Position numbers and translations under genes: made by a program
Shown here: positions 36,609 to 47,198 of the stretch, one piece after another
Layout: each line of letters opens with the position of its first letter
Position numbering within the stretch: position 1 is the first letter of the stretch
The notes under the pieces: model-generated
The model's input: only the letters and a program-made list of their open reading frames with translations
Told to the model about the DNA's origin: nothing
Database searches by the model: none
Assembly (NCBI GenBank): GCA_016206785.1
Contig: JACQQV010000021.1
Location: forward strand, 63,509-127,508
Origin: Candidatus Omnitrophota bacterium
Lineage (GTDB): Bacteria; Omnitrophota; Gorgyraeia; JACQQV01
Direction of reading: 5' to 3'
Length of the DNA: 64,000 bases

Positions 36609-37618
36609 CTGGGTCTCGGCAGACCCACCCCGAACAGAATGTGGGCGATGGTATTGACCATAAAGAAATCGATCTGGCCCCACTCACGCGCAAGCTGTGC
36701 CAAAGGAGCCGTGGATCGAAAAATGGCAAAGATGACAAGATTTCCGACGAGGACAAGCCAAAGAAACCCGATGGGAACGGTCGTCCCAAAACGCCAAAGA
36801 TCGGACCTCTTCCCCGCGAACTGTTGCGATGTCCTCCATTGCCCTGTCCGGCTCAGGAGCTTACGTGCATAGAAGACATACCAGATAATGTAGTGGTAGA
36901 TGACGATTAGCGCAAACCGTTCTGCAGAGGTGAATAGAGGTTCGCCAAATGGCTGCGCCAAACACAAACCGCCCAGAATGCCCACCGCGCTCCATCCAAA
37001 AAGTGAACGGGATGAACGGGGGGCAGGCAGGAGATAGTACCATCCGTACGCGATCCAGAGGACCGTCCAGAGGGCAGCCACAACCGGCAGCGCCCTATGC
37101 CACATATGATCTGCCATCGCCAACTGATCGATCAAGACCAGACCAACCGCCAGCGTCACCCAGAAGGTGCCACGTGTTGTCCAAGCGGCCGGCTGATACC
37201 CGTTTGCCGTCTGCTGCCTGAAAAGAACCTCGTTGGAGGCATGATGGGTCATAAACACCGCTTCGACGAATAGGAAATTTACCTGCGTGGGCAACCACCA
37301 TCTCAGCAAAGCGGCATAAGCGCCCATGACTGTGAGGAAGGCGGCAAGGTACCCGAAGGCGGCCGGCAGATTCCCATATCGTCGACAGACTAACCTCCAG
37401 GTGAAGATGTAGGCCAGGGTGAAATGTCCGTAGCCAAGAAAGTTGCGCATACGGATGATGTTCAGAAAGTGCAAGAGATTCGCACTCGCTGCCCACGCCA
37501 GCAAAAGAAACAGACACCCCATGGACCATGCCGTCACGCTTCCGTAATCGTAGAGTCCGGGGTGCGAGAGGCTGACTGATTGGGCAGAAAGAGTCACGCT
37601 GGACTGATGTTGTCTCAT
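36605..37618 (-). CDS. Hypothetical multi-pass membrane protein with spaced His motifs
   Basis: About 9 TM segments; GYGHF, THH, YHY, AH; ATGA overlaps on both sides. Confidence 0.7.
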   Translation of the reverse strand: MRQHQSSVTLSAQSVSLSHPGLYDYGSVTAWSMGCLFLLLAWAASANLLHFLNIIRMRNFLGYGHFTLAYIFTWRLVCRRYGNLPAAFGYLAAFLTVMGAYAALLRWWLPTQVNFLFVEAVFMTHHASNEVLFRQQTANGYQPAAWTTRGTFWVTLAVGLVLIDQLAMADHMWHRALPVVAALWTVLWIAYGWYYLLPAPRSSRSLFGWSAVGILGGLCLAQPFGEPLFTSAERFALIVIYHYIIWYVFYARKLLSRTGQWRTSQQFAGKRSDLWRFGTTVPIGFLWLVLVGNLVIFAIFRSTAPLAQLAREWGQIDFFMVNTIAHILFGVGLPRPR

Positions 37619-40600
37619 TCTGCACCCTTTAACGATTCAATGGCCTGCGCGATCCGACCTCGTAACTCCAAGAGACCCTCCGGCTGTTTCGGGTATTCTC
37701 GCATCGAACGGGCAAGGGTCTCCGCATCATTTAACGCCGTCTCTGCCTGTTGAATGGTCTCTGCCAGGAGACTCCCCTTCGCTTTAGCCCTTGCAATCTT
37801 ATCCGACAGAATCGCAATCATGTCATAATCCTCCATCCCATCGCGTAGTAGTTCGAGACGGATGGAACCGACCGGACCCTCCGGGCCCGGATAGAAAAGA
37901 ACCCCATTGTCGTTCTGTTCCCACTTGGTGTTCTCCGGATTGGTGTAGGGGTTTACGGTCCAGAAGTTCACGCACCAATAGAGAAGCCCTGTCACTTTGT
38001 ACTTCCAGCACATCCAAGGAAGAATCCGGTAGGCCATCATCGGGTAATCGATCACAAAGGTCGGATAGGGATAGGAGGGACCTGAACAATAGATCCAAAG
38101 TTCCTTTCCCGCTTTTCTAATCTCTTCCGCCTGTGCGGGGTCGAAAGAGACGTTTCTAAGACAAACAATATCGATATCCTTAAACCAGTCCGCATATGAA
38201 GAGTACATCGGCGTTTCCATAAGAGTGACCATATTCCTCAGGAAAGGGCTTGCTTGATGAACCTTCTCTGCGACTCTCGCGACCTTCTCTGTACCGGCAG
38301 GAGATTCATCAGAGGTGTAAAGATAAGAGCGGTCGAGGAGATTGTGATCTCGTAAAATGGCGGCGTAGCTCTGATAAAGGGGGACAACGGGGGTAAGGTC
38401 TGCTGGCCAATTGTTTCCGCTGCTCCCACTATATTTTCCGATACCGAAAGAGGTCATTCCAAGATTCAAAAGGCGCTTGACTCGCTCAATACTTTCTGGT
38501 CTTGCCGGATCGATATTGAGGATCGGAGAAATCCGATAGCGAAGCATCCTCTCGTAATACCGGTCTTCCAATTGGGAAATAGATTCTCGCCACTTCGGCC
38601 ACCAATCGGGAAAGAAATTTTGATAACCGTCGACCAAACGACCCGTATAGAGGTCAAAAGCGGTCTTGAGGCGTGGGGTCTTCGGAAGTTCAAAGTCCCA
38701 AATGTGTACCTCAAGAGCTACTTTCTTCTGAGGACCATTTTTGGGTTGAATGAAAATTGATCCTTGATAAAGACCGGCCGGTGTCCCGGGGGGTGCGTAG
38801 ACGGTCACCCAAATCGGCTGAAGCTTCCCTCGCTTCACGTCAAAAGTTTCTTTTGAAGGAAGGGGATCGGGAACAAAGCCGATCAGTTCCGGGAGATACT
38901 GTGTTTTCCTGAGTTCAACATATCCGACCGGATAGGTCACGATTTCTTTTTTGTCAATCTTAGTGCCTGTCGTCGCATTCACAAGGTCTTCTGCCTGAAT
39001 CCGAACCTCTTTTAAATCCCCCGCGAGAGAAGAGAGAACGATCTGCGTCGATTCGTATTCGTTGGCAGCGAGGGAGAGTTGAATCGGATTGGCATGCCCA
39101 AGACCTTTGAATGGGGCATCTCTGAGAACCCTTTGGAATGGAGAAACAATTCGCACCTCGTAATCGAGGCCTTTGGCTTCGGACTTGGCAACGATTTCCT
39201 CTTCTTTCTTTTCATAGTAAGGTTTAAGAAAAGAGGGATTCCTGACACCGAGCAAATAAGGAACCGTGTAAAGAAGCGGGGGGACCCGATCATAAGTGAT
39301 TTTGCCGAAGACCATCCCGTTCCGGAGCGGATCTTCACTACGGTCCTGGGCCTGAATCTGCGCCATGAGTCGGCGACGGCCCTCTTCCATATATTTTGCC
39401 TCGCCGGTGAGTTCGTACGAATAAGCGAGCGCATCGAAGAAAGGAAGATACTTTTCGTTCTGAATCAAATAATCGGTCCCTTTTAGGATTGCCTCTTTGA
39501 CACGGGGATTACCCGTGAGACGATGATACGTGATGAGAGACGGAAGGGTATGAAGTGCCATAAATCGGCTATCCGATTCATCCGGCCAGCTGTCCGCGCG
39601 GGGGTTATAGTCTTTCGCCCAACTTCCGTCTTCTCGCTGGCCCTCCACAAAGAGAGCGGCCCACCGGTCAGCCGCTTCCTTATATCGCTTGTCGCGCGTT
39701 GCCTGATAAAGGAGGGTCTCACCCCAGAGGAGATTGGCAATCGCCCGTTGAGGGGCGATATCCGGATGTCGGGTATAGGTAATCGGGTTCTTGAGATAAA
39801 AACTTCCGACCTCTTTCGCCACATCAAAAGAGCGTTCATAACCGGTTAAATAATAATAGAGAAGAAAACCGAGGAGATGCGTATGGGAGGCCTCATCGGA
39901 GCGTCCTCCCCAATGGTTTGCGTTATGCCGGTGCATCGCTCCCACATGGCTATGGTCACTGTAGATTTTTCCCTTAAGCCGAGGATCCCTCTCAACCATG
40001 TCATAGTGGATGGTATCGACATCCATGATGTGACGGGAAGAGGCTTCCCCAAAAGCAAAATATTTGTAAAGGCCGGTCCTTGCAAATTGTAAAAGGGACG
40101 CTGCATGCGTTCCGACCTGTTCGCAGTTAAACCAACCCCATCGTCCCTCGGGATGCCAACCCCATTCCGGATAGGATTTATCATAGGCATCTTTGCGATA
40201 CCAGAAACGGGTGTCTCCATAATCGAGCATCCCGTACCAGCCGAACGCCTTCGGCTGTCGCGCCGCCCAATCAAAAAGACGGGCGATGAGTTCCTCCCCT
40301 TCCACAGAAACTTGGTGAGGGCCGAGAGATCCGAGCGCGTAACTGACGTACACCCACTCGGGGTCTGCGTGAAGAATCGGTGGATGCTGAAAAGCACTCA
40401 GCGTCTGATGAAGGGTTTGGGGTTCCGCAACACCTGAATGAAAGGAGAAAATAAGTTCATGAGTCTTACCGAGTCCGAAGGCGGAACCGCGTGCGACCGC
40501 ATCGGGCCCATAGGCCGCATCCTGTGTTTCGAGATTGAGTGGACCTGCCGAACGAGGCCAGAGAGAGATCTTGATTTTCCCTGCAACATCCACAAGGATC

Positions 40601-42384
40601 TCCTTGGGATATTGCTGCCAGAAATCTCTGACAAAAACCGAAGTCCCTGAGGAAAGGGACGAAAGATTCACCCACCCGGACGCCTCTTTCCCTTCATGAA
40701 TCACATCCGTTCCTTGCGAAAGACGGAAAAGATCCTGCTTGGGCTGGGAAAGGAGCAAAGGTCCTTTCATCTTCCCAACGAGAACCTGCGTGGGAAGACC
40801 GACCTGATAGGCGGTCTCTTTCTGGGTAGGAGAGGAATGCTCCATCGCAATCTCTTCAATCGTTTCGTTCTCAGGGAGACCTTTGACATCTTTATATTCA
40901 TGATGGTAGATATTTTCAGGATAGCCGGTATAAATAAAGGTGTGATAGACGCGAACGTCGCTTTTCCCTGCAAAGGCCTGGATCCGAACGTTATACTGAC
41001 AGAATTTCTTTCCTTCTGCGTTCCGAAACCAACCACTCGCCTTGAGGGTTACCCGCAGAGGTCCTCGCTCTTCAAGCTTTAGAGAGTACTCTTCCGCATC
41101 CAAGGAAGAGCGGTACTCGCTTCCTCGAAAACGGATCACAAGGTCTCCTCCCCCATCGGCTACCTTTTCATCCTCTAAAAATTGTTTATCACCGTTTAAA
41201 TCCAAAAAGGCCTTTTGGAAAAGGGTAAAATTCTTTTTGCTCACGGAAAATTGCAGAGGACCTGTCGTGATTGTGACTGAGGAGGGATCTTCTGAAATAC
41301 GAAGAGGACTCTCTGGTTCAGTGGGCGGGGGTGTTTGATGAATTTCAAGGAAAAGTTTTTTGTCTGCCGTCCCCTGAGGAAGCTGCGTATCTACAAGAAG
41401 CCACTGGATGGAACCATCTTCCCAAAATCCCAGAGGACGGATTTGAAGCGGAAGTTCCTCCCCCTCCGCCGTCATGAGTCGGAAAGAAGTCGTGCTACTT
41501 AAAAGTCCATAAGGAAATGGAACCCCCCCAGAGACTGGAAATCTGTCAGGAAGCGTAGCGGTGAGGCTCGCAACTTTGATGGGAACTTGCAAGAATGTCT
41601 CTCCGCTTGTCTTGGAAACGGCCTGCCATTTCTTCGCGACCTGTTGAAACAGGAGACCGCTCACGACATTCGGAGAGTTTGCAGTGATGGACCCACCAAA
41701 CGGCTCTTTCTCTGAGGCCGCCACAGGAGTTTGTGGTTCAGGAGCGCCCTCGAGTTCCGGAGAAAGACGAGATTCCTCTTGTCGAGCCTTTTTCTCCTTC
41801 GGGATCAGCTTAACGTCGTCGAGGAAAAAGATCGCGGCCGTTTTTGGATTCCAGCGGAAAAAATTAAGTTGGACGATCTCTTTCAGATCGACAAAAGAAG
41901 CGATATCTTCAAGAGGAACCCTGTAAGAAAGAGAGTTGTTCGCCGGGATGTACATATCCTCTTTATAACGGCGGTCCTTTCTATCCTTAATCTGAAGGAT
42001 GAGACGCTGCTGGGAAGACCCGGGATTAAACAATGTGAAGACAAGGGTTTCATAACCCCGCCAGTCCCTCGCCTTTTTGTTCTTCTCGAAGAAGTCTTCC
42101 ATCATAAAAGTGGGGTTCTGATCCCCCCCATAGGTGAGCTTGGCGGAATGCCTACCGCGGGCAACATGTTCATCGGAAAGAAATGCAGAAACGTTTGTCG
42201 CTTCCCATCGTTCCAAATCTTTTTCGGACTCAAAGTCGCCAAGCATGAGTTCGCCGGAGGCGAAAATGAACTCTTCCTTTGACCTTCTTCCCTCCCCTTG
42301 ACCCTTTTCATGAGACCTGGATAGAAACTGCCCTATCGCGATTCCGAGGAGGAGAATTGCTCCAATCTGAAACCATTTTTTCAC
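37615..42384 (-). CDS. 1589-aa membrane-anchored carbohydrate-active protein (CBM-like + RG-lyase/YetA-like + DUF4091/GH123-like)
   Basis: N-terminal TM; DFE...FFLDDVKL CBM-like; GVPFP.G..W.DGS..W and YG..DYGD, H..DVD; C-terminal GLLYW..G.LFYPG..SIRLE.LRDG.EDY. Confidence 0.7.
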   Translation of the reverse strand: MKKWFQIGAILLLGIAIGQFLSRSHEKGQGEGRRSKEEFIFASGELMLGDFESEKDLERWEATNVSAFLSDEHVARGRHSAKLTYGGDQNPTFMMEDFFEKNKKARDWRGYETLVFTLFNPGSSQQRLILQIKDRKDRRYKEDMYIPANNSLSYRVPLEDIASFVDLKEIVQLNFFRWNPKTAAIFFLDDVKLIPKEKKARQEESRLSPELEGAPEPQTPVAASEKEPFGGSITANSPNVVSGLLFQQVAKKWQAVSKTSGETFLQVPIKVASLTATLPDRFPVSGGVPFPYGLLSSTTSFRLMTAEGEELPLQIRPLGFWEDGSIQWLLVDTQLPQGTADKKLFLEIHQTPPPTEPESPLRISEDPSSVTITTGPLQFSVSKKNFTLFQKAFLDLNGDKQFLEDEKVADGGGDLVIRFRGSEYRSSLDAEEYSLKLEERGPLRVTLKASGWFRNAEGKKFCQYNVRIQAFAGKSDVRVYHTFIYTGYPENIYHHEYKDVKGLPENETIEEIAMEHSSPTQKETAYQVGLPTQVLVGKMKGPLLLSQPKQDLFRLSQGTDVIHEGKEASGWVNLSSLSSGTSVFVRDFWQQYPKEILVDVAGKIKISLWPRSAGPLNLETQDAAYGPDAVARGSAFGLGKTHELIFSFHSGVAEPQTLHQTLSAFQHPPILHADPEWVYVSYALGSLGPHQVSVEGEELIARLFDWAARQPKAFGWYGMLDYGDTRFWYRKDAYDKSYPEWGWHPEGRWGWFNCEQVGTHAASLLQFARTGLYKYFAFGEASSRHIMDVDTIHYDMVERDPRLKGKIYSDHSHVGAMHRHNANHWGGRSDEASHTHLLGFLLYYYLTGYERSFDVAKEVGSFYLKNPITYTRHPDIAPQRAIANLLWGETLLYQATRDKRYKEAADRWAALFVEGQREDGSWAKDYNPRADSWPDESDSRFMALHTLPSLITYHRLTGNPRVKEAILKGTDYLIQNEKYLPFFDALAYSYELTGEAKYMEEGRRRLMAQIQAQDRSEDPLRNGMVFGKITYDRVPPLLYTVPYLLGVRNPSFLKPYYEKKEEEIVAKSEAKGLDYEVRIVSPFQRVLRDAPFKGLGHANPIQLSLAANEYESTQIVLSSLAGDLKEVRIQAEDLVNATTGTKIDKKEIVTYPVGYVELRKTQYLPELIGFVPDPLPSKETFDVKRGKLQPIWVTVYAPPGTPAGLYQGSIFIQPKNGPQKKVALEVHIWDFELPKTPRLKTAFDLYTGRLVDGYQNFFPDWWPKWRESISQLEDRYYERMLRYRISPILNIDPARPESIERVKRLLNLGMTSFGIGKYSGSSGNNWPADLTPVVPLYQSYAAILRDHNLLDRSYLYTSDESPAGTEKVARVAEKVHQASPFLRNMVTLMETPMYSSYADWFKDIDIVCLRNVSFDPAQAEEIRKAGKELWIYCSGPSYPYPTFVIDYPMMAYRILPWMCWKYKVTGLLYWCVNFWTVNPYTNPENTKWEQNDNGVLFYPGPEGPVGSIRLELLRDGMEDYDMIAILSDKIARAKAKGSLLAETIQQAETALNDAETLARSMREYPKQPEGLLELRGRIAQAIESLKGAE

Positions 42385-43505
42385 GAAGAAATTCCTTTCG
42401 CTTGCAATAAGCGTTCATAGAGTGCTTCTGTCTTTTCAACCATCCGTTCTACCGTGAATGCTTTCGTAATAGACTCGCGCGCCTTCTGTCCGATCTCCGC
42501 AACTCTTCTTGGATCCTGAAGGAGAGAAGAAAGTGCCTCAACCAATTCATCGGTTTGCCCATGGCGGACCAGAATGCCGGTCTCGCCGTCTTGGACCACC
42601 TCGGGTGTCCCACCCACGCGTGTGGCAACCACACATTTTCCCGCTGCCATCGCCTCTAAAACAACATTGGGACAGCCCTCATATCGTGATGGCAAAATGA
42701 AAAGATCGATTCCCGCCAGAAGTTCAGGAATGTCTGAACGGGCACCAAGCCATCTGAGATGCGTTGCAATGCCCAATTCTTCTCCAAGACGGACAAGAGA
42801 AGTATACAAAGGCCCGTCACCGATTAAAAGGAGATAAGGCTTTACGTTCTTTTTGAAGAGTTGGGACGCCGCTTGAAGGAGGGTGCGGTGATCCTTTTCA
42901 GGACCGAGGCGCCCGACCGTTCCCAAAACGAAAGCGTCTTCCGGAATCTCAAGGGATTTCCGAAGATGACCATTCTGCATGGGGTAAGGAAAACGACCGA
43001 GATCCACGCCATTATGAATGGTATAAATCTTAGAAATTTTAATCTTTTCCCGGGCGGCCAGAATTTCTCCGATGCAAGAGGCGTTCCCTATGACCGCATC
43101 GCACCACCTTCCCAAGTAGCGGTCTACAAGAATATAGCGCTGCTTCTTATCCGGTTCGGTACTCCGTACGGAACTGATGAGCATTGGAACTCCGGCCATT
43201 CTTGCGGCAAGCCTTCCGTAAAAGTCGGCTGTAAAAAGATAAGTGTGAACAATCGTCGGAGAGAACTGGCGGAGGGCCTTCCAAAGTTTAAAGAGCACCG
43301 GAAACGAGATCTTCCCCCGCTGGTCGAAGAGAATGACAGAAAGACCGGCTTTTTCAAAGGCGTCTTTCAGAGCAATCTTTTTTTCGGAAAGAGCATAGAG
43401 GACCGGTTGGAAACGTCGCCGATCGAGCCGCTTCACCAGTTCCAAGAGTTGGCGCTGGGCCCCTCCCAATCCCAAGTCATCGATCACAAACGCAATCTTT
43501 ACCAT
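42381..43505 (-). CDS. GT4 glycosyltransferase
   Basis: GGAQRQL, NGVD, EG.PN..LEAMA.G. Confidence 0.93.
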   Translation of the reverse strand: MVKIAFVIDDLGLGGAQRQLLELVKRLDRRRFQPVLYALSEKKIALKDAFEKAGLSVILFDQRGKISFPVLFKLWKALRQFSPTIVHTYLFTADFYGRLAARMAGVPMLISSVRSTEPDKKQRYILVDRYLGRWCDAVIGNASCIGEILAAREKIKISKIYTIHNGVDLGRFPYPMQNGHLRKSLEIPEDAFVLGTVGRLGPEKDHRTLLQAASQLFKKNVKPYLLLIGDGPLYTSLVRLGEELGIATHLRWLGARSDIPELLAGIDLFILPSRYEGCPNVVLEAMAAGKCVVATRVGGTPEVVQDGETGILVRHGQTDELVEALSSLLQDPRRVAEIGQKARESITKAFTVERMVEKTEALYERLLQAKGISS

Positions 43506-44890
43506 TGGAGCGCTACCTCTTTGAATCCTTCTCTGTTTCTCATCTTAACCCACGCCGTCCCCTTCCCTTCGACCCTGACTCTGGGATCCCCATCGAACGG
43601 GGATTCAATGACAACGTGTCTCAAGAAGCCACGAAGTTCCTCTACCGATCCTTCTTTGAATTGGAAATGTCCTTCCGTATCGCCGACAGAGACGACCTCG
43701 ATCCGTTCTGAACTATACGTGATCAGTTGATAAGGAACATTCGCGAGGATCTTCTGATTCGCATAAGGTGGAATGACGAAGTTCCGGTAGTCATTTGGAT
43801 TCCCGGAGCGCCCGGCCTCGGCCGCCTTGAGAATGTTGTAAGCCTCTCGCGCCGTAGCATAATGGAGCCGGTATCGTTTCCCGTCGTTATACTTTTTCTC
43901 CAACGTCTCATACATCTTCTCGGCCCCCTTCCCTAAAAGGGGTTCATGGTCTCTGGCGATCGCCCCATGGGTAAAAACCTTCACAAAAATCCACTCGGGC
44001 CGACCTTTCACATGGATCGCTGTCCTCATCCAGCGGTCGATCCGTTTTGACGTTGGAAGATCCCAAACGGTTACATCCCCATGGTCATAGCGGAGCCTTC
44101 CTTTCTCAAAGGAAAGGATGCTCGGGCCTTCAAAGATAAGAAGGTCGCCCCACGCTTCACCTTCTGCCTGTACGATTTGACCTTTGTCGTATGATTTGGG
44201 ATGTGACGGATCATCCTTTGCGTAATAGAGACTGTTCGTGAGCGTCGGATTCATCGTCCCCCAGGATGAATGCGTAAAATCTGCGTAGCAGCCGGTCTTG
44301 CGCAGAATCTCCAGTTCATTGTTGACTCCACAAAACTGCCCCTCTCTCGAATTGTCCAGCGCCCACATCCCATGGATAAAGGCATACATCGTCTTGGGTT
44401 TTTCTTCTGCCGTAATAAATGCCCCCGTCACCTGTGAAAGTTTGATCCGTCTTTGAAGTTCACGGGTCACCGTGAGAGGTGTGTCGTTGTTGTGATGGAG
44501 ATGGAGTTCCACCTCCCCATACCCCTCATAAGCAAGTTTTGCAAGTCTCGTGAGATTTCGAAGGGTCACATCCCCCCTGTCATCGGCCCAATACCAGAAA
44601 AAGGTGTGTTGCGGTTTCCTTCCATCCGCATCCCGGTGGCGGTCTGCGAGGCGTCGGTACATCTTCTCCCATCGTTCAACAGCAGCGATGTGGTGTGGTT
44701 CAAAGTGGTCGACGAAAACGAAAACAATGTCTACGGGTTGCTTTGAGGAAAAGGAGGGATCTTTCTGAAAAATTTGTTGAGCCAACAAACCGGGAAGCCA
44801 CGGCTTTGTCCGATGAACATAGAAGCCGATCCCGCTTGCGGCCAAAAGAAATAAAACGACAATCAGTTTTCGTAACGTACTCTTACGCAT
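43499..44890 (-). CDS. Periplasmic hypothetical protein, possible metal-dependent carbohydrate esterase fold
   Basis: N-terminal TM from ATG 44890; VDHFEP, ELHLHH, FIHG.WALDNS, FTHG. Confidence 0.65.
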   Translation of the reverse strand: MRKSTLRKLIVVLFLLAASGIGFYVHRTKPWLPGLLAQQIFQKDPSFSSKQPVDIVFVFVDHFEPHHIAAVERWEKMYRRLADRHRDADGRKPQHTFFWYWADDRGDVTLRNLTRLAKLAYEGYGEVELHLHHNNDTPLTVTRELQRRIKLSQVTGAFITAEEKPKTMYAFIHGMWALDNSREGQFCGVNNELEILRKTGCYADFTHSSWGTMNPTLTNSLYYAKDDPSHPKSYDKGQIVQAEGEAWGDLLIFEGPSILSFEKGRLRYDHGDVTVWDLPTSKRIDRWMRTAIHVKGRPEWIFVKVFTHGAIARDHEPLLGKGAEKMYETLEKKYNDGKRYRLHYATAREAYNILKAAEAGRSGNPNDYRNFVIPPYANQKILANVPYQLITYSSERIEVVSVGDTEGHFQFKEGSVEELRGFLRHVVIESPFDGDPRVRVEGKGTAWVKMRNREGFKEVALQW

Positions 44891-47198
44891 CGTGAAGAAG
44901 TTCCTCATAAAGTTTTTCGGTATCGCGAAGGAGTTTTTCCCTCGAATAGTGCGAAAGGACGGTCTTTCGCGCCTCTTTCCCGATCCGTTTCGCTTCCTCC
45001 GGGTGATCAAGGAGATAGGCGATCTTTCCGGAGAGGGCCTTGACGTCTCCTACAGAAATTAAAAAGCCGTTTTGGCCGTCCTGGATCAGGCGCGCATGGT
45101 CTCCTACACGTGAAACAATAACCGGCAGTTCAGTGGCCATCGCTTCAAGGACCGCCAGGGAAAGGGCTTCTCGTGAAGAAGTAAGCACAAAGAGGTCGGC
45201 ACTTCGATAGATCCCTTCGACATTTTCTCTTTCTCCTAAGAATTGAACCCGCCCATCGAGACCCAACCTCGCCTTCAATCTCAAGAGTTCCTCCCTCTCC
45301 TGTCCCTCTCCAACCAATATCAAGTTTAAATCAGTCCTTGCAAGTGACGGCTCTTTAAGTGCCTTTAAAAAAATATCGTGCCGTTTCTCAGGAGCCAGCC
45401 GCCCGATACTCAGGGCAATTTTCTTTTCAACAGAGAAACCAAGTTCTTTGCGCCACCTCAGGCAATCCGGATCGGGTTTAAAACGTTCGGTGTCGATCCC
45501 ATTTGGAATGACAGTACATTTCCGTTCGGCGACGCTCGTGACCTTGCAAAATTCTTGCCGGACCATCTCGGCAACAAAAATGATTTTATGACAAAGAAGC
45601 GAAAGAACCTTATCGGCGAAACGATGGAGCGGCCCTCGCCATTCCTGAATGCCATGTTCTGTTGCGATGCGGACCGGCACACCGGCCAACCACGCTGCAA
45701 TCCTTCCCCAGACATTGGCTCCCCAAAGATGGGTATGCACGATTTGAACTTTTTCTTTCCGCATGAGTGTCACAAGTTTCGGAATCACGGAAAAATCGAG
45801 GCCGCTCCGTTTGTGAAGTGCCACGACCGGAATCCCCGAGGGGATGAGCCGTTCGGCGAGCGAACCGGGATGATTGAGGCAGCAGATGAGAGGATCAAAA
45901 CGCCTCCGATCCAGTCCTTCTGCCAGAGACACCACCAGACCCTCAGCCCCTCCCATCTCAAGCGACCAGATCACGTAAAGAATTTTGATCTTCCCGGTTT
46001 TTTCTTCAAAGAGACGCGATAACGCCTTAAGATGGAGGTCCGAATTAAATTTCTCCGATACCGTGCGGTGCGCTTCTTCCCCATAACGGTTCGCCAACGG
46101 AGGGTCCTTCAGTATCGTTTCAATGGCCCCTGCGAGTGCCGCGGGATTTTTTTCTGGGACAAGGAGGCCGTTTCTCCCTGAAGTCACCGCTTCAGGAATG
46201 CCGGAAATCTCCGTGGAAACGACAGGAATTCCGACAGCCATCGCTTCCAAGAGAACGTTCGGGATGCCGTCCCGGTCTCCACTCGGAGCGATCTCAGACG
46301 GAAGCACGAAACAGGCGGCCTTTCGATAATAATCCAGAAGTTCTTCTCTTGAGAGAGAACCGGCCAACCGGACAACATGCTCCAATTGTTCTTCCTTAAT
46401 TTCCTCTTCCAGTTTGCTACGCAAGGGTCCCTCTCCGACAATGACGCACTCAAAGGAGAACCTTTTTGCTTTAAGAAGAGAAAGCGATCGAATCAACGTG
46501 AAAAATCCTTTTGTTTCCACAACTCTTCCGACCGAAAGAATGAGCGGTGTACCCTCTTTCCGAAGGGGCTCCCTTTTCTGAAAGCGGTTTAAGTCCACAC
46601 CATGATAATTGAGAAAGATCTTTTGTTCGCATCCCGGCGATGTTGTAGAAAGGAACTTCCGGTTATGCTCTGTACAGGTCACAACAAACTCGGCTTCCTC
46701 GAGTTTCTCTTTGAGTGTGGGATTCCCCACATAAAGATCCCACGCGTGCCCTGTGAAACTGAAAGGAAGGTTGAGGAGTCTCGCCATCATCCTTGCCGAA
46801 GTTGTTGGAAAGGTCGCCCAATGGGAATGGAGATGACCGATTCTCATCCCTTTAGCGCGATGTACCAAGGCGAGTGTTTTTACATACACGACGAGCACTT
46901 TTAAGAAAGAGACGAAATCTTTTCCATCCGCCATCATTTCTCCCAGGGCTTCGATGGACCTCATCGGTTGTCTGAGGAACTCGAGCAGTCCCTCTCCCCA
47001 CACCGTGGGTGAGGAGAGAGGGGCATACTCTACCCAATGAAGAAGTGACCCAACCTCGGGGTGGATGATCCGATCGCGGCACTTCTTTAGTGAAAAAATC
47101 CGCAACTCGACCCCTACTTCCCGCAAGGCGAGAAACTCCTTCAAGATAAAGGTTTCGTGCAACTCTGGAAATTGGCTCACAACAATGCCGAGTTTCAT
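44883..47198 (-). CDS. Tandem double GT4 glycosyltransferase (WcaL-like + GT4)
   Basis: Two complete GT-B units: ETFI..E...DGIPNVLLEAMA and GGAE...EALSLAVLEAMA. Confidence 0.9.
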   Translation of the reverse strand: MKLGIVVSQFPELHETFILKEFLALREVGVELRIFSLKKCRDRIIHPEVGSLLHWVEYAPLSSPTVWGEGLLEFLRQPMRSIEALGEMMADGKDFVSFLKVLVVYVKTLALVHRAKGMRIGHLHSHWATFPTTSARMMARLLNLPFSFTGHAWDLYVGNPTLKEKLEEAEFVVTCTEHNRKFLSTTSPGCEQKIFLNYHGVDLNRFQKREPLRKEGTPLILSVGRVVETKGFFTLIRSLSLLKAKRFSFECVIVGEGPLRSKLEEEIKEEQLEHVVRLAGSLSREELLDYYRKAACFVLPSEIAPSGDRDGIPNVLLEAMAVGIPVVSTEISGIPEAVTSGRNGLLVPEKNPAALAGAIETILKDPPLANRYGEEAHRTVSEKFNSDLHLKALSRLFEEKTGKIKILYVIWSLEMGGAEGLVVSLAEGLDRRRFDPLICCLNHPGSLAERLIPSGIPVVALHKRSGLDFSVIPKLVTLMRKEKVQIVHTHLWGANVWGRIAAWLAGVPVRIATEHGIQEWRGPLHRFADKVLSLLCHKIIFVAEMVRQEFCKVTSVAERKCTVIPNGIDTERFKPDPDCLRWRKELGFSVEKKIALSIGRLAPEKRHDIFLKALKEPSLARTDLNLILVGEGQEREELLRLKARLGLDGRVQFLGERENVEGIYRSADLFVLTSSREALSLAVLEAMATELPVIVSRVGDHARLIQDGQNGFLISVGDVKALSGKIAYLLDHPEEAKRIGKEARKTVLSHYSREKLLRDTEKLYEELLHDA

